A DNA stretch of 64,000 nucleotides from Candidatus Kapaibacterium sp. (GCA_963664875.1 OY761611.1:3136001-3200000); one strand, 5' to 3'. Shown: positions 9,356 through 19,898, counted from the stretch's first letter. A program made the numbers and translations. The notes: generated by a model from the sequence alone, not told the origin.

Positions 9356-10792
9356 CTATTGCTTGTAGTTTTTGATAAAATCGAATAATAGTCTTACGCC
9401 TACTCCTGTGCCGCCCTTAGTTCTGTATGAATCATTTGACGGAATGAATGCCGGACCTGCTATATCCAAATGTATAAAAGGATAATCGGTAAATTTTTCA
9501 AGGAATTTCCCTGCAGTTATTGCTCCTGCCAATTTGCCGCCAATGTTTTTCATGTCAGCTATGTCGGATTTCATTAACTCGAAATACTCATCCCAGAAAG
9601 GGAATTCTGCAATTCTTTCATAAGTGTTGTACCCGCTTTTATGGAGAGCGTCCATATATTTTCTGTCAGCGTTGCCCATAGCAACTATACCATGAGGACC
9701 AATAGCTGCGTGGGCTGCTCCTGTTAGGGTTGCGATGTCTATGATTAGTTCAGGGTCGAACTCTTTTGCGTAGCTGATTGCATCAGCAAGAATCATTCTG
9801 CCCTCGGCATCAGTATTTAGCACTTCAACTGTCATTCCGTTGTGCATTTTGACTACATCTCCCGGCACATAGGCATTGCCGTCAGGTCTGTTGTCGGTAG
9901 CAGGAATCAAAGCGATTACTTTCATAGGTAGTTTTGCTTTGGCTATTGCGTACATTGCTCCAAAAACTGCAGCTCCTCCGCCCATATCAGATTTCATTTC
10001 ATCCATCGAGCCGGGGGTTGGCTTCAAGCTCAGACCACCTGTATCATACACAATTCCTTTGCCTACAAGCACAATAGGCTTCTCATTCTTTGCATTATCC
10101 GGAGTGTATGATAGTATAGAAAAAGTAGGAGGATCAATGCTGCCTTTGTTTACAGCAAGCAATCCGCCCATGCCCAATTCTTCAATTTTAGCTTTGTTGA
10201 GTATCTTTGTTTTATAACCGGCTTCATCGTCTCCGTATTTTTTTATATCCATAGCCAGCTGCACTGCGTTGAGATATGAAAGCGGCTCATTTACCAAATT
10301 TCTGGCGATAATAGTAGCATCTACCACTGCGTTTATTTCATTTAATTCTTCTTCACTTATGTCTTTATCGAATAGCTCTATGGACTTGAGAGGGGGAGTG
10401 ATTTTATCCAAATCTTTTGTAAAGTATTTGACGAATTTGTAAGAGGCAAGAGCCAAACCTTCCGCGACTGAAAGCAGTGAAGATTTTCTTCCGTTTAAAC
10501 ATCTGATTGCAACTGTTTCGATCTTCTCCGACTGAATAGTAGCAGCAAAAGCAGCACCGGCTTTTCTTAGAGTCTCATTTCTTTTATAATCTTCTGCGTC
10601 TTCATCAATAATGATAAAAAGATATTTATCATAAAGATTCACGAGTATTTGCTTCTCATCTGATTCAATTTTGCGCTGCACAAAACCTAAGCTATGCTCA
10701 TCTAAGCCTAAAGATTGCAAATCTATATTTTTACTGTCGATGACTATAGTATTTTTGCCTTCAACTGAGTCTGTTTTTTTGAAAAAGTTCAT
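9356..10792 (-). CDS. pepA: Leucyl aminopeptidase (M17)
   Basis: VGKGIVYDTGG, MKSDMGG, NTDAEGR, ATLTGA. Confidence 0.96.
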   Translation of the reverse strand: MNFFKKTDSVEGKNTIVIDSKNIDLQSLGLDEHSLGFVQRKIESDEKQILVNLYDKYLFIIIDEDAEDYKRNETLRKAGAAFAATIQSEKIETVAIRCLNGRKSSLLSVAEGLALASYKFVKYFTKDLDKITPPLKSIELFDKDISEEELNEINAVVDATIIARNLVNEPLSYLNAVQLAMDIKKYGDDEAGYKTKILNKAKIEELGMGGLLAVNKGSIDPPTFSILSYTPDNAKNEKPIVLVGKGIVYDTGGLSLKPTPGSMDEMKSDMGGGAAVFGAMYAIAKAKLPMKVIALIPATDNRPDGNAYVPGDVVKMHNGMTVEVLNTDAEGRMILADAISYAKEFDPELIIDIATLTGAAHAAIGPHGIVAMGNADRKYMDALHKSGYNTYERIAEFPFWDEYFELMKSDIADMKNIGGKLAGAITAGKFLEKFTDYPFIHLDIAGPAFIPSNDSYRTKGGTGVGVRLLFDFIKNYKQ

Positions 10793-11001
10793 AAATATAC
10801 CTCTATCCTAAATATTGTTTTTGTCTCTTCAAAGTTATGTAAATCAGACGAAACAAATACACTATACATTGTTTCTGTAAACTTGATTATAGATTTCCCG
10901 CATAATTTTCTACATATAAATGCATTCTGATTAGAATAAACTATCGGGAATTATTTAGTAAATTGTTTAAATGTGAAATCTCTGATTTTAAGTTTCTTTC
11001 T

Positions 11002-13278
11002 ATGTATAAATTGCTAAAAATATTATTCGTATTTGCTCTGCTGTTTCTTGTCCTGGACTTAGCTTTTCCGTTCCGTCCGGTATCTGATTATTCCACTACT
11101 GTTTATGACACAAATGGTAATATACTTTCTACTTTTTTGAATAATACTGACAAATGGCGTCTCTATGCATCATTAGAAGAGGTTTCGGACGATTTTGTAA
11201 AAGCAATTTTAGAAAAGGAAGATTCTGGTTTTTACTATCATTTAGGATTCAATCCTTTTTCAATTTTGAGAGCTGCTTACTCTAATATAAGTTCCGCAAA
11301 AGTTGTTTCAGGTGCCTCGACTATATCTATGCAACTTGCCCGATTGTTAGAACCTAAAGAAAGGACTATCGTAAATAAGATAATCGAAGTATTCAGAGCT
11401 ATGCAGTTAGAATTGCATTACTCCAAAAAAGAGATTTTGGAGATGTACCTCAATCGCATCCCTTTTGGCGGCAATATTGAAGGTATCAAATCAGCTTCAA
11501 TATTCTTTCTTGGCAAATCTCCAAAAGATTTATCTCTCGGAGAAAGCATTTGCCTTTCTTTTATTCCAAACAACCCAAATAAGTTTAGAATCGGAGAAAA
11601 TAATCAGGCTATTAACACCGAAAAAAACTTCTGGTTAGATTATCATAAAAGCAATGGTACTTTTTCTATTTCAAGATTAGCTTCAGCTCGAAACGAAGAA
11701 TTTACATCATTTCGGCGGGGTAGGCATAAATATGCATTGCATTTTTGCGAAAATATTAAGAAGCTAAATACTCAAGACAACAATATTGAAACAACCTTAG
11801 ATTTATCCTTACAACTGCCTTTAGAAAAGCTTTGCTTCAACTACACAAAAAGCTTGGCTATGCGGGATATTCACAACTCTGCAGTCATAGTTACAGACAA
11901 TCACACAGGCGAAGTTGTAGCTTATGTTGGCTCTAATGATTTTTTCGATATGGAACATTCCGGGCAGGTAGATGGAGTTAAAGCAATCAGATCGCCGGGT
12001 AGTACTTTGAAACCAATTGTCTATATCATGGCAATGGAAGCAGGAATCATCACTCCTAAGACCAAATTGCCTGACATTCCTATGGATTTTGGACTATACT
12101 CACCAGAAAATTTTGACAAAACTTTTTCAGGTTGGATAAGTGCTGAGGATGCACTTGCGAAATCGCTAAATGTGCCTGCAGTCTATTTATTGAACAAACT
12201 GAGTAAAGATGATTTTTATACACGCCTGATAAGAATGCACTTTGCTAAGCTCAGCAAAAACAAATCTGATATAGGTCTTTCTGCAATTTTGGGAGCTTGT
12301 GGAGTCTCTCTCGAAGAGCTAAACGGTCTTTATAGGTGTATAGCCAATGGCGGAGTATATTCCAAAGCTCACTTCCTTAAAACAGAACACACAAAGAAAT
12401 TTGATACTATATTCAACCCAATGGCTAACGAAATGGTAAGCCGAATGCTTACAAAACTGCAAAGGCCGGATTACCCTTTTGCATACCAATATTCAAAAGA
12501 TTTGCCCGAAATTGCATGGAAAACAGGCACATCTTACGGTAGAAAGGACGCTTGGAGCGTTGGTTTTACTTCAAAATATACTGTTGGTGTGTGGGCAGGC
12601 AATTTTGACAACAAAGGTGCTGCAGGACTGACAGGTGCTTCGATTGCTACGCCATTACTATTTGACATTTTTCGCATATTGGAACAGTCCAATCCTTCAG
12701 GTAAGCTACCCACTAAGGAGTTGTCCGAAAGAGAAGTGTGCTCAGTTACAGGCTTACCTGCCGGGAAGCATTGTCCCAAATCGTTGGATTTCTATATACC
12801 ATTTATCTCAACAAATGAAATATGTAATCACATACGAGAAACTTATATCTCGATTGACGGCAAATATGAATATTGCTATGACTGCCTTCCTGATAAAAAC
12901 TACAAAAAAGTAATCATGGAGTATTATCCACCGGAAATTGCAGAATTTTATAAAAAGAATCAACTTCCTCACCCTGAGCAGCTACCACACAACCCAAAAT
13001 GTACAAGATTAGTTGCTGCAAATAAGCCAACTATTACTTCACCATTGGAAAATCAGGAATATCTTGCAGAAAAAGGCAAGTTTAAATTAGAGCTTACTGC
13101 TGTGATTTCCTCAGATGCTTCAAATATGAATTGGTATGCAGACGGCAAATTCATAGGTTCCTGCAATGTCGGTGAAAAGATATTTTATACACCCGAAATA
13201 AGCGGCTCACAAAAAATTACCTGCACAGACAATCTCGGCAGAAGTACCAGTATATTTATAAAAATATCATTCTTTTAA
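11002..13278 (+). CDS. pbpC: Penicillin-binding protein 1C
   Basis: GT51 (EKED, GASTISMQ), transpeptidase SPGSTLKP/SLN/KTG, C-terminal BiPBP_C-like domain; start at MYKLLK. Confidence 0.93.
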   Translation: MYKLLKILFVFALLFLVLDLAFPFRPVSDYSTTVYDTNGNILSTFLNNTDKWRLYASLEEVSDDFVKAILEKEDSGFYYHLGFNPFSILRAAYSNISSAKVVSGASTISMQLARLLEPKERTIVNKIIEVFRAMQLELHYSKKEILEMYLNRIPFGGNIEGIKSASIFFLGKSPKDLSLGESICLSFIPNNPNKFRIGENNQAINTEKNFWLDYHKSNGTFSISRLASARNEEFTSFRRGRHKYALHFCENIKKLNTQDNNIETTLDLSLQLPLEKLCFNYTKSLAMRDIHNSAVIVTDNHTGEVVAYVGSNDFFDMEHSGQVDGVKAIRSPGSTLKPIVYIMAMEAGIITPKTKLPDIPMDFGLYSPENFDKTFSGWISAEDALAKSLNVPAVYLLNKLSKDDFYTRLIRMHFAKLSKNKSDIGLSAILGACGVSLEELNGLYRCIANGGVYSKAHFLKTEHTKKFDTIFNPMANEMVSRMLTKLQRPDYPFAYQYSKDLPEIAWKTGTSYGRKDAWSVGFTSKYTVGVWAGNFDNKGAAGLTGASIATPLLFDIFRILEQSNPSGKLPTKELSEREVCSVTGLPAGKHCPKSLDFYIPFISTNEICNHIRETYISIDGKYEYCYDCLPDKNYKKVIMEYYPPEIAEFYKKNQLPHPEQLPHNPKCTRLVAANKPTITSPLENQEYLAEKGKFKLELTAVISSDASNMNWYADGKFIGSCNVGEKIFYTPEISGSQKITCTDNLGRSTSIFIKISFF

Positions 13279-13319
13279 TAAGAGCTTTCACCTCTCTGTT
13301 CCAAGTAAAACATACATAA

Positions 13320-13435
13320 TGATTCATTGAACAAGGGAAAGGTTGCCGAGCTGAGAGTTTATACCGAGTAAAGTCGAGGTAAAGCATAACCCCGTACTAA
13401 TAAACAATCTAACGACGCAAATAGGTCTTCCTAAT
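13320..13435. repeat. Partial third copy of the composite repeat (hairpin module A)
   Basis: CATTGAACAAGGGAAAGGTTGCCGAGCTGAGAGTTTATACCGAGTAAAGTCGAGGTAAAGCATAACCCC matches the 8586-8650 and 60127-60191 regions. Confidence 0.85.
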
Positions 13436-13460
13436 ATCATATTGGGAATAATATATCCTT

Positions 13461-13549
13461 AACAAAAAGAGGATTGGTCAAATAATATATTCGCCAATCC
13501 TCACCCATGTCATTCCGTCAAATGACATGAAAAAAACAAGAAGGTTTTT
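13461..13549 (-). ncRNA. Candidate small RNA (two hairpins plus U-tail)
   Basis: TATATTTG -7 box at 13554-13561, perfect 9-bp hairpin 13506-13529, 9-bp terminator stem 13469-13502 then TTTTTGTT. Confidence 0.4.
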
Positions 13550-13680
13550 CAAACAAATATAAGGAATTTCTTAAGATAAACACTATCCAAGATTATTTTT
13601 CGTGATGCTTTTTTCTATGATAGTTCAGATAAGGTAATATTTCAGGAAAAGATTTCGAGACAATATCTATCAAAGCTCTG

Positions 13681-14586
13681 CTAATCTACCTCCGCTTTTG
13701 GATGTGCCTTTTGATATGCCTCTTTTAGTCTTTCTATGGAAACATGCGTATAAATTTGAGTAGTTGAAAGCGAGGCATGGCCAAGCATATCGCTCACAGC
13801 TTTCAAATCTGCACCATTATCCAATAGATGTGTCGCAAAACTATGTCTGAGTACATGCGGGCTTTTTTGCTTAGACTCAGTTATGCCTTTCATAGCTGCA
13901 TTTACCATCTTATATGCAGAGGAGTGACTCAATCTTTGTCCTTTTGTATTCAAAAAAAGTGCATTTTCTTTAAAGTCTTTCAAAAGAGCAGGACGGTGAA
14001 TAAGATAATTATCCAATGCTTCGTGTGCTTTGCTCCCAAATGGTATGATTCTTTCTTTGGAGCCTTTGCCTGTAACTTTGATAACCCTACTGCTCAAATT
14101 CAGATTGCCTGCATTTAACTGCAAAGCCTCGTTTATCCTTAGCCCGGAACTATAAATCAGCTCGCATAAAGCAAGATTTCTTGCACCTATTGGCTCATCT
14201 TTGTCAAAATTTGAAAACATATTATCAACTTCATTTTCAACAAGAAATGACGGCAACTTTTTATCCTTTTTGGGTGTATTTACCATAGTAGCCGGATTAT
14301 TTGGAATGAAATCTCGTTTATGGCAAAACTTGAAAAATGACTTGACCGCAGAAACTTTCATCCTTAAACTGTTTTTTTTAAGGCCTCTATCGTGAAGCCA
14401 TCCGAGGAATGGACGCAAATCATTTGTGGCAATATTCGCGAGCAAAGGGACTGAGTCATAATCTTCGAAAAAGTAATCGTAGAGATTTGCCATTGCAAGG
14501 CGATAACTTTCCAAAGAGTGTTTTGAGAAATCTTTTTCTATTTCGCAGTATTCCAAAAATGCTCTGATTGCTGAAGTTAAATCCAT
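13681..14586 (-). CDS. xerC: Tyrosine recombinase XerC
   Basis: R (SGLRINE), K (GKGSKER), HVLRHSFATH, LGHASLSTTQIY. Confidence 0.88.
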   Translation of the reverse strand: MDLTSAIRAFLEYCEIEKDFSKHSLESYRLAMANLYDYFFEDYDSVPLLANIATNDLRPFLGWLHDRGLKKNSLRMKVSAVKSFFKFCHKRDFIPNNPATMVNTPKKDKKLPSFLVENEVDNMFSNFDKDEPIGARNLALCELIYSSGLRINEALQLNAGNLNLSSRVIKVTGKGSKERIIPFGSKAHEALDNYLIHRPALLKDFKENALFLNTKGQRLSHSSAYKMVNAAMKGITESKQKSPHVLRHSFATHLLDNGADLKAVSDMLGHASLSTTQIYTHVSIERLKEAYQKAHPKAEVD

Positions 14587-14776
14587 CTCAAATTTACCGT
14601 ATTGTTTTTAGATGCGGGTTGCGTGTGTAATTGACTTTATTAACTTCAAATATCAAGCCAAACTTCCCCTGCAATGCTCTTGAAATATGGACGTAAGTAT
14701 AATAAAGTTTGTTCTTTTTACAAAAATTAGTTAATTAGATTTAGACTTTCTGACTAATGGACAGGTTGATAAAATT

Positions 14777-17700
14777 ATGAAAAATATTGCTGCTTTGATT
14801 TTGCTTATACTCAGTACATTTGTGAGTGTTTCTGCTCAAAACGTATCGTATATTTTGCCCGATATTGGCTCTCCGGGAATGAATACTTACATAGAAATTA
14901 TAGCCCATGTCGATTCCATCGGCACTTATGGCACTGACAAAACTTACTGGGGTGTTCCTTCAGACGAATTGAAGATAGTATTTGAAAATCCAAACGATAC
15001 TAATGATATTGTTGTAGGACCTCTTATTGTATCTTGGAATGGCAGGCTTATTTCAACCCAAATTTTTGTCAATCCCGACGTTAATCCTAATACTTGGGAT
15101 TGGCAGGCTCTAAATTCCCAGTTTAACAAGCGTTTCGCTGTGGAGTATCAGGGTAGGCGTTCTGCTTATCAGGATTTTTACGTGATTGATCCAACTCCTT
15201 TGGGTGATGTAACAGCTAATTCTGAAAGATATTTAGGCGAAGGAACATTAGGCAAGCGTTCACCACGCGGAGCAATGATAGTCGATTCTTTAGTATTGGC
15301 AGATAAAGCCTACTATCCGTCCCTAAAGGATTGCGATCCGGTTACGCCCGGCAATCAGGCGTACCTGCCTTTTGTGCTGATGGCTAAATACTCCATCAAA
15401 GGAGCAGCAAATACAGTAATAGATATGACAGGCGGAAAAAGAGGTCAGAATACTGAAATGCAAGATGCAGCTCCCGGCGGCGGTGGCGGTGGTGGTGCTT
15501 TTGAAGATGTGAACACAGACAGATCCAGTGGCAGAAGGGCAGGGAATGGATTTACCTGTGGTGGATTTGGTGGCTCTAATACTTTTTTGATTAGTAAAAC
15601 AGGATATTGGGTAGATATAAATAATTCTATGTCATCTTTTACGGGCGGATTTTCTCTTAATGGACTAAAAGGTGGCGAAACAAAAACATTTTGTGCTGAA
15701 TGTGCCGGAGGTGGCACAGGACATCCTTTTGGTAAGTCAGGCGAAGGCTCGGACGGACAAAATGACCAATCCAAAGTTGGTTATTATGGAGGTGGCAGTG
15801 GCTATAGCAATGATCAAAACGGTGGTAGTGCCGGCTATGCCCGCCCGGGTACAGGTCCGGGTAATACTGGTGGAAAGGTACATGGCAATGTCATGATTGT
15901 TCCTCTTGCCGGCGGTTCCGGCGGTTCATCCGGTAATCCGCAACCTGAGTTTGTAGAAAATGAATGGGGTGGCTCCGGTGGCGGTGGCGGAGGTGCTTTG
16001 CGACTTTATGCACGGGAAATAATAGGCTTAGATATTCCTGCTGTGGGTGGAGAGGGTGAAGGTGCTGACGATGCTGAGGGAGGCAATGGTTCCGGTGGTG
16101 CTATTGAGCTTTCGGCTAACTCAAGATTAGTAGATATTAAAACTAATGTCTCCGGTAATAATAAACATGGGTACGTAGGCGGTGCCGGCTATATCAAGGT
16201 TAATGCTGCGAACCAATCATCTATAGTCGATAATACCACTAATGGTCTGCCTATTTATAATTCTGTCAGCTCTGATTCTTTGCAATACGTCCCACGCATT
16301 TTTACTCTTACCGGAACAAAAGATGCTTCCAAAGATGTGAAACTTATGTTTAAAATCGGCAAAAATCCTTGGAAAGATGTAAGTTCTTTTGCTAATATCG
16401 TTGGCAATAGTTGGTCTCTTGATTTCGATCTGACTGCTTATATGACCGATAAATACTTCTATTTCTACGCTTTTCAGGAAGAAACCGGTGTCGGTGCTAA
16501 CCAATATCTGAATATTCCTGATGGAGTGCTCTCTCAGTCTGCAGCCAACATCTTTATACCTGTAGATGAACCTATGATAGGTGGCGACGAAAATGTTTAT
16601 ATGACTGTGCAGGCTTGTCCGGGTAATGAAGTGACCAGAGATTTTTATCTGACAAATATAGGAGCTGTTCCTCTTGATATTGATTTTTCGAGTGCTATGT
16701 TTGCTCGAAATACAAATGGTTTGTCACTTGTCTCTCCTACGTCAGATATTGAATTATCTAAACACAAAGACTCTGTGACTGTAAAACTTAAATACGTCTT
16801 CCAAAAAGGAGCAACCGGGCCAATCTACGATACTCTCCTTGTTGCTCATAATGACACTCGCTCCGGCACTCCTAAGCCTTGGAGGGTAGCTGTAACCATT
16901 TTTATTGAACAATTTGATTACTCAATTTTAGACGAAAACGACTCAGAATTAAATTTTTCCGCAGGAGATGAACTTGATCTTGGCAAGATTTGCCGTGACG
17001 AACTTGTTCAAAAGCCACTATATATCAAAAACAACGCAATTGCAAGGTTTACAACTGAAAACTTTGCATGGGTTAATAGCAACAAAGGCTTTACTTATCA
17101 ACTTATAGAAGATGGCCCCTTAGATCAGAACGAGCGAGCTTCTCTAATAATCACATACGATGACTCTGCTCAACCTAAGACAGGTATTGAAGTAAAGGAT
17201 ACTCTCTATTTTAATCTCGAAGAATGCCCGGAAATCACAGATTCTGTAATAGTTTCCGTGAGTTTTCTTTATTCTACTCTATTCGTGGGAGATGATTTTA
17301 ACTTTGGTTCTGTCAGAGTTGATGAAACTAAAACAGTAACTGCCAAAATTGAAAATATTGGAAATTCAGATGCTTTGATTCAGTCTTTGCCGGCAGTATC
17401 TGCACCATTTTCAATTATATCATATTCTCCAAGCCCATTGCCTGTAACTTTGCAGCCCGGTGAGTCTATGACTGTTACTATGGAATATGCTCCAACTGCA
17501 GCGAATGATGATAGCGGAACTTTTACTGTGCAATCTGCCAAACAGGGCTTGTCATGTGCCGGTAGTATAGACGTACCTATCACGGCTTCTTCATATCAAT
17601 CAGCAATCGAATTGTCTAAAGATACTTTGAATTTTGGTATTGTTCCCGAATGTGACGTACCTCTTGATACTCTTGTACTTTCCAATAATCCATCAGCATC

Positions 17701-19600
17701 GGGGAATGTCCTGATTAGCCGCAATCCGGAAATAACTGGTGCAGACGCGACATACTTCCAGCTTATTTCGTTTCCACCTTCTCCTTTAAGTCTCGCACCG
17801 GGAGAAAGCAGGGAATATGTAGTAGAGCTAAAATCATCAGCTACAGTTGCGAAGATATACGAAGCAGAACTGCGGATATTTACAAACGAACCTAACCAAG
17901 ATTCTTTGATTATTATTCCTTTAGTCGCAGAAAAAGATGCTTTCCTTATTTCTTTTGATAAAATCACTAACCCTTATGCAACGGTTGAAACAGCTGTAAA
18001 CTATAACACAACTGTTGATATTACTAATAGCAGCAAGCTTCCGCGCAATGCAAATCTGGTTTCGTCAGACAACTCAGAAGCTGTTATATCTCCAAATACT
18101 TATACATTTGCCCCCGGAGAAACCAAACAATTTGCTCTAAGTATCACTTATTCAGATACGACAGATTTGAGCCTGAATATTAAGGTAATGTTCGATAGTC
18201 CTTGTATTGATTCTTTAGAACAAATATTGAACTTTGATGTCAATTATGGTCTTGCCGATGTAGATTTGTTGAAAGATTTTGATACTATCGCTCCTTGCAA
18301 CGAAGTGTCTGATACTGTCTTTATCCGTAATATTGGGACTTCCCCGATAGAGTGGCGAGCGGTCTCACTAAGCAATAGTTATTTTAGCATTATTGAGCAA
18401 CCGACTTTTGCAAGCGTAATTGCACCGGGAGATAGTAATTATATCATAATCGGTTTTGATGCGATAGGGAAAGACGACGGTTTATACTTAGTCAGCGCTG
18501 ATTTCTTGGTGTACGAATTTGGCAAAGAGCTGGTTCATAGCTGCATAGCTTCTGTATATGTAAAGTCAGCAGTTGTTGCCACTCCTTCAGATATTGATTT
18601 TGGCTCTGTCATAGAAGCATATAAGAGCGACACAAAAAGATTGACTCTTACAAATGTTGGTACTTATGATATTGAAATAGTAGAAGTTAAGTTTCCGCTA
18701 TCTACAGATTTTACTTTAGAAGTAACAGAACTTTTTGCCGGCGGACCTGCCGTAAATTATCCTTTGCCTATTGGGCAAAGCCTCGAATACGATTTGAACT
18801 TTACCCCGAATTTGATAAAAACTTACAGTGAAGTAATTGAAGTAATAATACGATACTCGGACTGTTTGGATACACTTATAATACCATTTACGGCGGAGGG
18901 TGTACCTGATAATATTCTGACTCTTAGTATGCCGAGTATAACTGTAGATCCGGCACTTCCGGAAATATCGATACCTTTACAAGCTTCAACTTCTAAGTTT
19001 ACAATAGACTCAAAACTAAATAATTTAAGCATCAGTTTTGATAGGAATGTGATGAAGTTCCTCGGCATGGAAAACGCCTCATATCATATTATTCAAACTT
19101 TAGATACTCTCACTGTCGTATTCAATGACAGCACAAGCTATGCCATTGATACAATTCCGGGAACAATAACTAAGCTCCACGCTATACCTCTTCTGGGGCA
19201 TATCGAAAGTACTGATTTGATTATCAATTACATACCCGAAGCAGGGGAGAAGATAAGTGAGGTTGTTGAAGATAATGGTAAAGTAAGCTTAGATATTTGC
19301 AAAGAGGGCGGAGACAGACTTCTTGTCCAATCTAACCGAACAGAACTAATAATTGAGCCAAATCCGGCAAATGACAAAATTCAGATAAGAGCTTTCCTCT
19401 TAGAGTTAGGCAAGTACCGACTCGAATTATTTGACTTGAACGGAAAAAGAATCTATGATAATATAATAGAAAACACTATATTTGCAGGCACTGAAAAAAC
19501 ATTAGAAATATCTACAGAAAAAATAGGCTCCGGTGAGTATATGATGATGCTAATAACTCCGAGCCAAACTATAAGCAAAAAAGTCGTAGTCATCAAATAA
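14777..19600 (+). CDS. Large secreted protein: glycine-rich domain, Ig/ASH (choice-of-anchor D-like) repeats, T9SS C-terminal domain
   Basis: Signal peptide VSA|Q, GGGGGG-rich region, repeated (L/I)xFGxV...xNxG modules, PNPAND...KKVVVIK. Confidence 0.8.
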   Translation: MKNIAALILLILSTFVSVSAQNVSYILPDIGSPGMNTYIEIIAHVDSIGTYGTDKTYWGVPSDELKIVFENPNDTNDIVVGPLIVSWNGRLISTQIFVNPDVNPNTWDWQALNSQFNKRFAVEYQGRRSAYQDFYVIDPTPLGDVTANSERYLGEGTLGKRSPRGAMIVDSLVLADKAYYPSLKDCDPVTPGNQAYLPFVLMAKYSIKGAANTVIDMTGGKRGQNTEMQDAAPGGGGGGGAFEDVNTDRSSGRRAGNGFTCGGFGGSNTFLISKTGYWVDINNSMSSFTGGFSLNGLKGGETKTFCAECAGGGTGHPFGKSGEGSDGQNDQSKVGYYGGGSGYSNDQNGGSAGYARPGTGPGNTGGKVHGNVMIVPLAGGSGGSSGNPQPEFVENEWGGSGGGGGGALRLYAREIIGLDIPAVGGEGEGADDAEGGNGSGGAIELSANSRLVDIKTNVSGNNKHGYVGGAGYIKVNAANQSSIVDNTTNGLPIYNSVSSDSLQYVPRIFTLTGTKDASKDVKLMFKIGKNPWKDVSSFANIVGNSWSLDFDLTAYMTDKYFYFYAFQEETGVGANQYLNIPDGVLSQSAANIFIPVDEPMIGGDENVYMTVQACPGNEVTRDFYLTNIGAVPLDIDFSSAMFARNTNGLSLVSPTSDIELSKHKDSVTVKLKYVFQKGATGPIYDTLLVAHNDTRSGTPKPWRVAVTIFIEQFDYSILDENDSELNFSAGDELDLGKICRDELVQKPLYIKNNAIARFTTENFAWVNSNKGFTYQLIEDGPLDQNERASLIITYDDSAQPKTGIEVKDTLYFNLEECPEITDSVIVSVSFLYSTLFVGDDFNFGSVRVDETKTVTAKIENIGNSDALIQSLPAVSAPFSIISYSPSPLPVTLQPGESMTVTMEYAPTAANDDSGTFTVQSAKQGLSCAGSIDVPITASSYQSAIELSKDTLNFGIVPECDVPLDTLVLSNNPSASGNVLISRNPEITGADATYFQLISFPPSPLSLAPGESREYVVELKSSATVAKIYEAELRIFTNEPNQDSLIIIPLVAEKDAFLISFDKITNPYATVETAVNYNTTVDITNSSKLPRNANLVSSDNSEAVISPNTYTFAPGETKQFALSITYSDTTDLSLNIKVMFDSPCIDSLEQILNFDVNYGLADVDLLKDFDTIAPCNEVSDTVFIRNIGTSPIEWRAVSLSNSYFSIIEQPTFASVIAPGDSNYIIIGFDAIGKDDGLYLVSADFLVYEFGKELVHSCIASVYVKSAVVATPSDIDFGSVIEAYKSDTKRLTLTNVGTYDIEIVEVKFPLSTDFTLEVTELFAGGPAVNYPLPIGQSLEYDLNFTPNLIKTYSEVIEVIIRYSDCLDTLIIPFTAEGVPDNILTLSMPSITVDPALPEISIPLQASTSKFTIDSKLNNLSISFDRNVMKFLGMENASYHIIQTLDTLTVVFNDSTSYAIDTIPGTITKLHAIPLLGHIESTDLIINYIPEAGEKISEVVEDNGKVSLDICKEGGDRLLVQSNRTELIIEPNPANDKIQIRAFLLELGKYRLELFDLNGKRIYDNIIENTIFAGTEKTLEISTEKIGSGEYMMMLITPSQTISKKVVVIK

Positions 19601-19660
19601 AAAAGTGACTTAGTGGCAGCGGCTTTGTATGCGAATGTAGAAAAAAAAGTGCATTTAATA

Positions 19661-19692
19661 TTTGCATTTATCATGTAAGTGCCTTATATTTG
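19661..19692 (+). promoter_or_regulatory. Promoter of the ribosomal protein mini-operon
   Basis: TTTG(19661)-N20-TATATTTG(19685). Confidence 0.75.
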
Positions 19693-19730
19693 TTGTCCAT
19701 AACGTTTGACCACTAAGAAAGAAAAGAAAA

Positions 19731-19898
19731 ATGGCTAAAAAACAAACTTTCGGTGATAAAAGTAAAAAAGTAGTAAGTAAACCGGTAATCAAAGTTGTTA
19801 AAGGCTACAGAAGCGAAGAAGGTTCTGTTCGCTTTTTGGAGCAATTCGTCAAAGTTGACGATTTAGCTGTAGCAGACAAAATTGACATAAATAGATAA
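19731..19898 (+). CDS. 55-aa basic protein, DUF4295/bL38-like ribosomal protein (absent from ORF track)
   Basis: [55 protein letters not shown]; A-rich leader; first gene before rpmE. Confidence 0.7.
   Translation: MAKKQTFGDKSKKVVSKPVIKVVKGYRSEEGSVRFLEQFVKVDDLAVADKIDINR

Noticed and set aside
10894-10922. dif-like site (CGCATAA left arm)
   Set aside because: Right arm does not match the XerD half-site TTATGTTAAAT.
13681-14586. Integrase of a genomic island bounded by the 8.5-kb and 60-kb repeats
   Set aside because: The protein is XerC-like and the enclosed 51 kb holds essential housekeeping genes.
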